32,000 nucleotides of DNA from NCBI RefSeq assembly GCF_000012925.1, contig NC_007517.1:2940001-2972000 (forward strand). The letters are read 5' to 3'. Both the position numbers and the translations under genes were made by a program. Below the pieces are notes generated by a model. That model did not search any database, was not told the DNA's origin, and worked only from the letters and a program-made list of their open reading frames with translations. The DNA comes from Geobacter metallireducens GS-15. Its GTDB lineage: Bacteria > Desulfobacterota > Desulfuromonadia > Geobacterales > Geobacteraceae. This document shows, piece after piece, positions 22,760 to 30,641 of the stretch. How positions within the stretch are numbered: the first letter of the stretch is position 1; every line of letters begins with the position of its first letter.

Positions 22760-23485
22760 TCACGTGGCATTTCGAAGCAGGCGGGCAGCATCACGGTCCA
22801 CCAGCCATACCAACTGACCTGCCGGCCTGATCAGACAGGCAGGAATGCGATGCGGGTCCGGGGAGCCTTCCAGCACCTCCCGCAGGATCGGCGCCTTGTT
22901 GGCTCCCGACACCAGGAAAACAACCCGGGATGCCTGGTTGATGACGGGAACCGTCAGGGTGAGTCGGTGCATCCCGTCATTGGCCGGGGAGACATCCGCC
23001 ACCCAGCGCCGCCGTTCATCCAGGACAGGTGTTTCCGGAAAGAGGGAAGCGGTGTGCCCGTTCTCCCCCAGCCCCAGCAGGATCAGGTCGAAGCGAGGCA
23101 ACTCGCCGGGAAACCAGCTGCGGAGGAGCGCTTCATACTCCTTTGCGGCATCTTGCGGGGCCCGGCCGCAGACCATGGGATGGACCTGCCCATCCGGGAC
23201 CAGGACATGGTCGAGGAGCGCCCGACTCGCCATTCGGGCATTGTTGCGGGGATCAGCGGCAGGCACGCAGCGTTCGTCACCCCAAAAAACATGGGTTTTC
23301 TCCCATGGCACCCGCTTCCGGAATGGCTCATGGGCAAGAATTTCGTAGGTACGGCGTGGTGTGTCTCCTCCGGCAAGGGCAACGGCAAACCTCCCCGTGT
23401 CCCGCATGGCAGAGTGCGCCGCGGTTGCAAAGAGTTCGGCGGCAGCCATGCTCAAGGCTTCCCGGTCGAGGTAGACCCTGATCAT
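22760..23485 (-). CDS. pgl: 6-phosphogluconolactonase
   Basis: 241 aa. Contains GGDTPRRTYE, WGDERCVP and LLGLGENGHTASLFP motifs. ATGA overlap with the zwf stop. Confidence 0.9.
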   Translation of the reverse strand: MIRVYLDREALSMAAAELFATAAHSAMRDTGRFAVALAGGDTPRRTYEILAHEPFRKRVPWEKTHVFWGDERCVPAADPRNNARMASRALLDHVLVPDGQVHPMVCGRAPQDAAKEYEALLRSWFPGELPRFDLILLGLGENGHTASLFPETPVLDERRRWVADVSPANDGMHRLTLTVPVINQASRVVFLVSGANKAPILREVLEGSPDPHRIPACLIRPAGQLVWLVDRDAARLLRNAT

Positions 23486-25026
23486 GGAGCCTCCGTCTCT
23501 CCCTCTTCCGTCGGAAGGTCGGGTTGGACCCAGCTGTGCCCCTCCTTGGCGATGAGGAGATCAGCAGTTTCCGGCCCCCAGCCGCCGGCCTGGTAGTTGG
23601 GGAAATCGGCCGGCGGCACCGATTCCCAGGTATCGAGGATCGGTGAAATGACTCCCCAGGCGCTCTCCACCTGGTCGGCCCGCATGAAGAGGGTAGCGTC
23701 GCCGCAGATGACGTCCAGGAGCAGAGTCTCGTAGGCTTCCGGAGAGGCGGCGTGGAAGGCGTCATGGTAACGGAATCCCATGTCCACCGCTCCCAGCAGC
23801 AGGCGCGTTCCCGGCTGTTTGACCTGGATGCGGGAGGCAATCCCCTCCTCGGGCTGGATGCGAAGGACGAGCCGGTTCGGCTGCCAGCTCTCCACGGCCG
23901 CGGAGGGGAAGAGCTGGTGCGGAGCCGGGCGGAAGAGGATGGCCACCTCGGAGACCTTGGCGCGCAGGCGTTTACCGGTGCGAAGATAGAACGGCACCCC
24001 TTGCCAGCGCCAATTGTCGATCCACAGCTTGAGGGCGGCAAAGGTCTCGGTGACGGAGTCAGGTGGCACCCCCTGCTCTTCCCGGTATCCCGTCACTCCC
24101 TCGCAGGCCACCATCCCCCTGCCGTACTGGCCGCGGACCGCCACCCGGTGGACTTCTTCGGGGCGAATGGGACGAATGGCCCGCAAGACATCCACCTTCT
24201 TGTTGCGCACTTCGTCGGCGGAAAACGACACCGGCGGCTCCATGGCAATCAGGCAGAGGATCTGGAGGAGGTGATTCTGCACCATGTCACGCAAGGCGCC
24301 GGATGTATCGTAGTAGCCTCCCCTCTTCCCCACCCCCACCGCTTCGGCGACGGTGATCTGCACGTGGTCGATGTAGCGCCGGTTCCAGACCGGCTCGAAC
24401 AGAGAGTTGGCGAAACGGAAAGCGAGGATGTTCTGCACCGTCTCCTTGCCCAGGTAGTGGTCGATCCGATAGATCTGCGTCTCGGCGAACAGGGAGGTGA
24501 GAAGCCCGTTCAACTGCCGGGCCGAAGCGAGGTCGCGGCCAAAGGGTTTCTCAACCACGAGCCGGTCCCGGGAGCAGTCCCTGCAAACGCCGAGGCTCTC
24601 CAACTGGCGGGCCGCCGCTTCCATAAGACCGGGAGGAATGGCGAAGTAGAAGACCCGAACCGCACGGCCGTTCCACTCCCGGTCCAGCCCTTCGAGTCTC
24701 CGGCTGAGGAGTGCCCCGGTTTCCGCCGTGGTGAAGTCCCCGGCAAGGTACGACAGCCGGTCGGCGAAGCCACTCCACGTTGACTCGTCCGTCACGCTGC
24801 GCCGTGAGTGGAGGTCCACCCCCTCCCTGAGTTTTCGGCGGAATCCCGCATCATCCATCTCTTGCCGGGCGACCCCGACGATGGCGAACCGCTCGGGGAG
24901 ACGACCGTCAAGGTAGAGGTTGTAGAGGGCCGGCACAAGCTTGCGCCACGTGAGATCACCTGCGGCGCCGAAGACCACCATCACGGTCGGTTCCATCCGA
25001 GAATTCATCGTTGTATCCATCGCCAT
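23482..25026 (-). CDS. zwf: Glucose-6-phosphate 1-dehydrogenase
   Basis: 514 aa. Contains the dinucleotide site VVFGAAGDLTWRKL and the active-site signature RIDHYLGKE. Confidence 0.95.
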   Translation of the reverse strand: MAMDTTMNSRMEPTVMVVFGAAGDLTWRKLVPALYNLYLDGRLPERFAIVGVARQEMDDAGFRRKLREGVDLHSRRSVTDESTWSGFADRLSYLAGDFTTAETGALLSRRLEGLDREWNGRAVRVFYFAIPPGLMEAAARQLESLGVCRDCSRDRLVVEKPFGRDLASARQLNGLLTSLFAETQIYRIDHYLGKETVQNILAFRFANSLFEPVWNRRYIDHVQITVAEAVGVGKRGGYYDTSGALRDMVQNHLLQILCLIAMEPPVSFSADEVRNKKVDVLRAIRPIRPEEVHRVAVRGQYGRGMVACEGVTGYREEQGVPPDSVTETFAALKLWIDNWRWQGVPFYLRTGKRLRAKVSEVAILFRPAPHQLFPSAAVESWQPNRLVLRIQPEEGIASRIQVKQPGTRLLLGAVDMGFRYHDAFHAASPEAYETLLLDVICGDATLFMRADQVESAWGVISPILDTWESVPPADFPNYQAGGWGPETADLLIAKEGHSWVQPDLPTEEGETEAP

Positions 25027-25051
25027 CTACCCCTTGGGCATGCTCAGACTG

Positions 25052-26062
25052 TCAGGACTTTTCCCGGTGCCCCCCGAATTCGTAGCGCATCGCAGAGAGA
25101 AGCCGATTGGCAAAGTCGTCCTCGCCACGGGAACTGAAGCGCTCGTAGAGTGCGGAGCTGAGTACATGGGCCGGGACCCCCTCGTCAATGGCGGCAGCGA
25201 CGGTCCAGCGCCCTTCCCCCGAGTCCGACACCCGCCCCTGGAACTCCTGCAAATCGGGGCTGTCGAGCAGTGCCGTCGCGCTGAGATCGAGGAGCCAGGA
25301 GGAAATCACGCTTCCGCGCCGCCAGACTTCGGTGATATCGGCGAGATCAAGGTCATAGCGATAGAAGTCGGGGTTACGGAGCGGCGCCGTCTCCGCATCG
25401 GCACCCTGTCCCTCTTTGCCGGCATTGGCATGGTGGAGGATGTTCAACCCTTCCGCATAGGCTGCCATCAGACCGTATTCGATCCCGTTATGAACCATTT
25501 TGACGAAGTGCCCGGCGCCGCTCGGTCCGCAGTGGAGATAGCCCAGTTCGGCGGTCCCTTCCCGTTTCTCGCGGCCGGGAGTGCGTGGTGCCGCGCCGAT
25601 GCCGGGGGCCAGCGTTCTGAAAACCGGGTCGAGCCGCTCCACCGCCTGTTTCTCGCCGCCGATCATCAGGCAATAGCCCCGCTCCAACCCGAAGATGCCG
25701 CCGCTTGTCCCGACATCCACGTAGGTGATTCCCTGTGCCCGCATCTGGTCCGCACGTCGGATGTCGTCCTGGTAATGGGAGTTGCCGCCATCGATTACGA
25801 TATCGTTGGCCGCCAGCAGGGGGGTCATGCGCTGGAGCATCGAATCCACCACGGCGGCCGGCACCATCAGCCATACCACCCGCGGCTTGACGAGCTTGGC
25901 GCAGAATTCCTCGATTGATCGCGCTCCCGCGATCCCTTCGCGCTCCAGCGCCTGGACCGCGTTGACATTCAGATCATACACGACGCACTCATGTCCCCCC
26001 TTCCGCAGGCGCCGCACCATATCCGCACCCATCCGTCCAAGGCCAATCATGCCAATTTGCAT
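25052..26062 (-). CDS. gnd: 6-phosphogluconate dehydrogenase (decarboxylating), short Gnd/YqeC-like form
   Basis: 336 aa. Contains [15 protein letters not shown] (Rossmann fold), [13 protein letters not shown] and [18 protein letters not shown]. Confidence 0.9.
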   Translation of the reverse strand: MQIGMIGLGRMGADMVRRLRKGGHECVVYDLNVNAVQALEREGIAGARSIEEFCAKLVKPRVVWLMVPAAVVDSMLQRMTPLLAANDIVIDGGNSHYQDDIRRADQMRAQGITYVDVGTSGGIFGLERGYCLMIGGEKQAVERLDPVFRTLAPGIGAAPRTPGREKREGTAELGYLHCGPSGAGHFVKMVHNGIEYGLMAAYAEGLNILHHANAGKEGQGADAETAPLRNPDFYRYDLDLADITEVWRRGSVISSWLLDLSATALLDSPDLQEFQGRVSDSGEGRWTVAAAIDEGVPAHVLSSALYERFSSRGEDDFANRLLSAMRYEFGGHREKS

Positions 26063-26065
26063 CGG

Positions 26066-26518
26066 TCACCTCCCGCACTGTTCCAGGGCCGCCACCTTGG
26101 CCAGGCGGCGACGGTGGCGCTCGGCCCCGCTGAAGGTGGCGGCGAGGAAGGCCCTGACCAGCTCCCAGGATTGAGCGTACCCCACCACCAGACTGCCGAG
26201 GCAGATGATGTTCATGTCGTCGTGCTCCACACCCTGGTGGGCGGAGTAGTCGTCGTGAATCAGGGCCGCCCGTGCTCCGGGGACCTTGTTGGCGGCAATG
26301 GATGCCCCCACGCCGCTCGAGCAGAAGGCGATCCCCCGATCCAGCTTCCCTTCGCCAACCGCTTGCGCCAAGGGGATGACGAAATCGGGGTAATCATCGT
26401 CCGGGTCCAGCCGTTCAGCGCCGAAGTCCGTCAACTCGTACCCCGCCTCCCTGAGGGCGGCAGCCATCCGCTCCTTCATGGTGAAACCGCCGTGGTCGGC
26501 GGCGATGCCTATCCGCAT
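26066..26518 (-). CDS. rpiB: Ribose-5-phosphate isomerase B
   Basis: The track begins at GTG 26527. ATG 26518 lies 8 nt after GGAG. MRIGIAADHGG and CSSGVGASIAANK are RpiB/LacAB signatures. Confidence 0.9.
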   Translation of the reverse strand: MRIGIAADHGGFTMKERMAAALREAGYELTDFGAERLDPDDDYPDFVIPLAQAVGEGKLDRGIAFCSSGVGASIAANKVPGARAALIHDDYSAHQGVEHDDMNIICLGSLVVGYAQSWELVRAFLAATFSGAERHRRRLAKVAALEQCGR

Positions 26519-26567
26519 GGTCGTCACTCCTGGCCACTTTTCAGAATGAGCGGCGTAAGTTTCAGGG

Positions 26568-27140
26568 TCATCTCTTCAACAATTTGTAAGGATCTGCCCT
26601 TGTCAGCCAGGGGCTGTCGGGATATTCGGCTGCAAGGCGGTCATGGATGCCGATCAGGTTTGCCACGTCGTGGGTCTCGATGTAGCGGGCGACGCCATTC
26701 AGGTAGATGGCCTCCGGTGCCAGGGAGTTCTTCGGGTAATCGGAGATGATCCTGCGGAAACACTGGCAGGCGGCCTGACGGTCGGGCTGGTTGAACCGGG
26801 CTTTCCCCATGCCGAGGAGGAGTGACGGGATGAGGTCCGCTGGCGGATAAAAGCCGAGAGTGCGGTAATGCTCGTCCCCTTGTGCATCGAGAACGATGAT
26901 AGTCGGCGTCCATTTGACCTTGAACTGCGGGCCGAGCACCGGATCGTCAGCCGGAATCCGCACGGGTACGAGATTGTCGTTGATGAATGTCATGACAGCT
27001 GCATCGGGGTACGCGACCGCGTCCATCTGCTTGCAGCCAATTCAGCCAGGGTTGAAGAAATCGAGAAGTACGAGCCTGTTTTCCCTGCCTGCCATTGAGA
27101 GTCCCTCTGCAAGGGAGGTGATCCATTCGATCTGTGCCAT
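26568..27140 (-). CDS. Thioredoxin-fold (Thioredoxin_7/DUF255-like) selenoprotein; in-frame TGA = Sec at 27042-27044
   Basis: ATG 27140 follows AAGGAG. The frame reads MAQIEWITSLAEGLSMAGRENRLVLLDFFNPG-TGA-IGCKQMDAVAYPD... and continues in frame into the track ORF 26568..27026. The TGA falls exactly where thioredoxin-fold proteins of this type have the first Cys of WCxxCK, giving a UxxC motif. A SECIS-like hairpin follows immediately. Confidence 0.7.
26997..27038 (-). promoter_or_regulatory. Candidate bacterial SECIS element
   Basis: Counting the U of UGA as 1, the lower stem pairs GGCUGCA (7-13) with UGCAGCU (42-48). The upper stem pairs ACGC with GCGU and closes an apical GGUC loop at +27..+30 (plus-strand gacc, 27015-27018). 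As I recall it, the E. coli fdhF SECIS has the same GGUC apical loop. Confidence 0.55.
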
Positions 27141-27223
27141 ACCGTTCACTCCTTTCAGTCATGGGTGGATCTGTCGTTTCCGGGCCGCCCCCGGAAAAGG
27201 GCCGCCCATCCGGTGCACGTCAA

Positions 27224-27251
27224 AGTATACCTCCACCTGCAACTTTTTAAA
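27224..27251 (-). promoter_or_regulatory. Weak sigma-70-like promoter candidate for the selenoprotein/pentose-phosphate operon
   Basis: The minus strand reads TTTAAA (27251-27246), 16 nt, TATACT (27229-27224). It lies about 85 nt upstream of ATG 27140. Confidence 0.25.
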
Positions 27252-27638
27252 TTGGAGTTGCTACCATCCATTGTGTAAGCCCCCGCCAGCCCCATCAGAA
27301 AGCCACGATCCACTCGCCGGATGATTCTCAACGTTAGAGGGAAAAAATACCGCCGAATCCTTGCGATGACGTTCCCCCGAAATATACTTTTACCTAGGCT
27401 CAGGATGAGTCGATACGGGCACATGACCCACGATGCTACCTGTCAGGGATGACATCATGTAATTTCATTTTCCTCTTCTCCCCCCTCTCGATGCTTCTTT
27501 TCTCTGGTCAGCATCCTCTCCCCCATGATTCATCCTTTTCCTCGTTGCTACGGCAGTACCGTTGCCACGGCCAAGGTGTTTCGAGCTATCTCGCCCCACA
27601 GCAGCATAGGTGCGTTGGACCAAATTGGAAGGATCATC

Positions 27639-28133
27639 ATGACAAAAGCAATTCCAGAGGGATATCAAACTGTTACACCGATGTTCATGTTCAAGGACGC
27701 CCGTAAGGCCATGGAATTCTATAAACGGGCATTTGGCGCGGAGGAGCGCTACGTCATGCCAGGCCCCGATGGCAAGGGGGTGATGCATGCCGAGCTTCGG
27801 ATCGGCAACTCGATCGTCATGATGGGAGAAGAGCATCCGCAGGAGGCCTGCAAAAGCGCGGAAACCATGGGAGGCTCTCCCGTCAGCTTCTATATCTACC
27901 TGGAGAATGTCGACGAGGCTTTCGGAAGAGCGCTCGCAGCAGGCGCAAAGACCACGATGCCGGTCGATGACATGTTCTGGGGAGACCGTGCCGGCACCGT
28001 GCAGGATCCCTTCGGCTATAGCTGGACCCTCGCTACCCACACCAAGGACCTGACACCCCAGGAAATCCAGCAGGGGGCCCAGGCCTTCTTCGCCCGAATG
28101 AACCGTCCTGGAGGCACTGCAGAACGAGCGTGA
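27639..28133 (+). CDS. VOC-family (glyoxalase/bleomycin-resistance, PhnB-like) protein
   Basis: GGAAGGA RBS and ATG at 27639 (the track starts earlier, at 27525). TPMFMFKDARKAMEFYKRAFGAEE...HAELRIGNSIVMM...DMFWGDRAGTVQDPFGYSWTLA is typical of PhnB-like VOC proteins. Confidence 0.85.
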   Translation: MTKAIPEGYQTVTPMFMFKDARKAMEFYKRAFGAEERYVMPGPDGKGVMHAELRIGNSIVMMGEEHPQEACKSAETMGGSPVSFYIYLENVDEAFGRALAAGAKTTMPVDDMFWGDRAGTVQDPFGYSWTLATHTKDLTPQEIQQGAQAFFARMNRPGGTAERA

Positions 28134-28217
28134 GGGGGATCGAATGCGCCATGTAACTGATTCGATTGGCACCCCACACTACAGCATTTGCATTATCTTC
28201 CGCAGCGTAAAGTTCCC

Positions 28218-29516
28218 CTAGAACGACTTTGACCACTGGGCAAGAAAGCTGCTCCCTCCCACGCCGTTTCGCAGGATGCGGGTGTCGTAGGTGTATTCCA
28301 GGTAAAGCTGCGAATCCCAGGGTAGGCCGCTCGTGAGCCCCAGCGAGAACGCCCCGCTGTAGTCGTGGGTGAAGTCGAGGCGGGAGAGATTGAAGCTGTC
28401 CTGCCGCAGGAAGGGGCGGTTCACCTCGGCGATGGTCCCCCGCAGGTGGAGGTAGAGGAAGAAGAGGAGCTCGTAGCGGTATTCGAGGGAGCCGATGACG
28501 AAATCCGAAGCCGGGAACTGGTTGAACATGGCCCCAGGATACCAGTAGCGGTACAGGTCGTCGGTCTCGCTCGGGAATGGCCCGCCGCCGATGCGGAAGG
28601 CGGAGAAGCGGTCGATGCTGTCTTTGGGCGCAAAGCCGCCGTGAAGAATGCCGATGAGGCGGTGGCGCTCCGAGAGGCCGGGGATGCCCGTGGCCCCGGT
28701 AAAGAAGGCGGAAACCTTGAGATAGTCCCGGGTCCTGTCCCCCCTGAAGACGGTCCCCCCGAAGGTGTGATCGCGCCAGTGGTTCCGCCTGCCCAGCTCA
28801 ACCGCGATCCCCCCGGCCCACCCCTCGTGGGGGAGCTCCATGAGGTTGCGCCGAATAGAGTCGTAGTCGGCAGAAAGCTTGAAACCGTGGACAAAGGTGC
28901 TCGGGGGGAGCTTTACGTCGGCTCCGGTATCGGACACCCTCCCCGTGTAAAGGTAGCCGGCGTTGTAGAGCAGCTTCAGCCGGAAGGCGTTGTCCGACTG
29001 GAACGGCGCCACCGGCAGCCGGTACCCCACCCCGACCCCGCCGTTGAAGCTCCCGTAGATGATGGAAGTCGACTTCATCTCCTTCCCGTCGATGATCTCG
29101 TCGGTGGGAAAGGGGACGGTATTGTTGTCCCAGTGGCCGAGGAGCTGGAAGTGGCCGAAGTCGCGCGCCAGGTCAAGCTCGTTGACGAAGCCCCCGATGA
29201 CCGCCCGGGAGCGCCACGGCTCCTCGTACTTCCTCCGGTAGAAGGCGCCAAAGGGAACACCCCAGTCGCTTCCCAGCTTCGGGGAGAAAAAGACCCCGCC
29301 GAGGGTGAAAGAGCGGACGTAGTCCCTGTCCCTGGCCGGGATATCGAACCGGTGTCCCCACAACTCACCATTGAGGGGCTCACCGGCCAGGGGGGTGTGG
29401 TATTCCGCCTCTTCGGCGCAGAGGACCGTTACCGGGGCAAGAACGGAGAGGAGGGCGCAACAGGCGGCAACAGCGCACATCTTCACCCTGGCGATGAGAG
29501 GGGATCTATTATCCAT
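28218..29516 (-). CDS. Outer-membrane beta-barrel protein, Omp85/BamA-barrel-like, no POTRA domain evident
   Basis: The sequence shows an alternating amphipathic pattern and a C-terminal aromatic residue (…AQWSKSF), and contains an FRIGGG motif. The signal peptide is probably MDNRSPLIARVKMCAVAACCALLSVLAPVTVLCA. The start is uncertain (ATG 29516 or 29480), and the track start at 29624 looks too far upstream. Confidence 0.7.
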   Translation of the reverse strand: MDNRSPLIARVKMCAVAACCALLSVLAPVTVLCAEEAEYHTPLAGEPLNGELWGHRFDIPARDRDYVRSFTLGGVFFSPKLGSDWGVPFGAFYRRKYEEPWRSRAVIGGFVNELDLARDFGHFQLLGHWDNNTVPFPTDEIIDGKEMKSTSIIYGSFNGGVGVGYRLPVAPFQSDNAFRLKLLYNAGYLYTGRVSDTGADVKLPPSTFVHGFKLSADYDSIRRNLMELPHEGWAGGIAVELGRRNHWRDHTFGGTVFRGDRTRDYLKVSAFFTGATGIPGLSERHRLIGILHGGFAPKDSIDRFSAFRIGGGPFPSETDDLYRYWYPGAMFNQFPASDFVIGSLEYRYELLFFLYLHLRGTIAEVNRPFLRQDSFNLSRLDFTHDYSGAFSLGLTSGLPWDSQLYLEYTYDTRILRNGVGGSSFLAQWSKSF

Positions 29517-29654
29517 GGGAGCAGGTGACAGCCTTGATGGAATTGAGCGGGGACGCCGATGGTCGCCCGGTGTCCAGAGTGTAGCACATTCCCGCGTTTT
29601 TTCAGGTGGGGCGAAGAAAGGCAATTCCGGCTATAAGGCTGATATTCTTAACTC

Positions 29655-29683
29655 TTGACAACGCGCCTTTAACCGGTTCTAAT
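29655..29683 (+). promoter_or_regulatory. Sigma-70 promoter candidate
   Basis: TTGACA (29655-29660), 17 nt, TCTAAT (29678-29683). Points toward the small ORF at 29749 and the cytochrome P460 gene. Confidence 0.45.
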
Positions 29684-29748
29684 TTGCATACTTTCACTCA
29701 AGCGCTTCCGGCCCTGGAACCGCACGTTACGGAGGAATTTGAATCTAT

Positions 29749-29886
29749 ATGGGAAAGATAATGGTCCTGGTCTTCATCGTTGGCGTTCTGTTGATGGGCG
29801 TTTCAAAATGCAGCCACAGGCAAGGCAATGCAGGGAACTCCTCCACCACCCCTTCTGACACGGTTTCTCCCGCAGCACCCCGTTGA
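29749..29886 (+). CDS. Small (45 aa) membrane-anchored or secreted peptide, hypothetical
   Basis: Below the size cut-off of the ORF track. The product is MGKIMVLVFIVGVLLMGVSKCSHRQGNAGNSSTTPSDTVSPAAPR. A GGAGG lies upstream, although about 13 nt away. It is downstream of the TTGACA/TCTAAT promoter candidate. Confidence 0.3.
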   Translation: MGKIMVLVFIVGVLLMGVSKCSHRQGNAGNSSTTPSDTVSPAAPR

Positions 29887-30098
29887 GCACTTGCCCAAGG
29901 GAGTTCGGGCGCTATACTTTCACCAATGAAACGCTCAGGACGAGCCGGCTCCATGCCTGAACGGCAGGGGCTTGCCAGGGACGGCACCTGATTTTTCTCT
30001 GACTCACCTTTCCCCGTCCCCGACCTTCTCCTTCCGCCGCCCTGAATTCACCGCCTCTGCCACCCCATCCTCCACAAAATTCAACCCTGGAGGTCCAT

Positions 30099-30590
30099 AT
30101 GAAAACCATGATCGGAGCCCTCATCATCATGCTTCTGCCCCTCATTGCCCTGGGGAAAGACCGGCCGGTGGCGCCCAACGGCATTTCCCTGATCGAGGGG
30201 TACCGCAACTGGCAGGTGATCGCCCCCTCTTACCGGGATGACAAGGGGCACATCCGGGTCATCTTTGGCAACGACACCGCCATGAAAGCCATGAAGGAAG
30301 GGACGCGCCCCTTCCCTGACGGGACGATAATGGCAAAGGTGGCATGGACCGCCGTAAAGCACCCGAAGTTCCCGGTGGCCACCATCCCCGACGGGTTCGC
30401 CCAGGTGGAATTCATGGTGAAGGATGCCGCAAAGTACAAGGCAACGGGAGGATGGGGCTTTGCCCGATTTGTGGGCAACGGGCTCAAGCCCTACGGCAGG
30501 GATGCCAGTTTCGTTCAGGAGTGCTTCGGCTGCCACACGCCGGTGAAGGGTAACGACTACGTGTTTACAGGGTTTGCTCCTGTCCCCTGA
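30099..30590 (+). CDS. Cytochrome P460-family protein (periplasmic mono-haem)
   Basis: GGAGG RBS and signal peptide MKTMIGALIIMLLPLIALG. A single CFGCH haem-c motif lies near the C-terminus, and the overall pattern (GYRNW..I......IRVI.GND.A..A...G..PFPDG....K) is as I recall for cytochrome P460. Confidence 0.75.
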   Translation: MKTMIGALIIMLLPLIALGKDRPVAPNGISLIEGYRNWQVIAPSYRDDKGHIRVIFGNDTAMKAMKEGTRPFPDGTIMAKVAWTAVKHPKFPVATIPDGFAQVEFMVKDAAKYKATGGWGFARFVGNGLKPYGRDASFVQECFGCHTPVKGNDYVFTGFAPVP

Positions 30591-30641
30591 ACACCGCCAT
30601 TGTAAAGCAAACTATTTCGCAAGTTCCCCGGAGGTGCTGTT

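Noticed and set aside
23752-25918. Long plus-strand ORFs (23752-24783, 24941-25918)
   Set aside because: They are antisense to zwf and gnd, whose products carry unambiguous catalytic signatures.
27155-27424. 89-aa minus-strand ORF in the long intergenic region
   Set aside because: It has an odd composition (Arg/Cys/Trp-rich), no RBS and no motif. It is more likely non-coding.
28365-29528. 387-aa ORF on the plus strand
   Set aside because: It is antisense to the beta-barrel gene. Its composition is Glu/Val/Gly/Pro-rich and repetitive. The opposite-strand product has a signal peptide, a beta-strand pattern and a C-terminal Phe.
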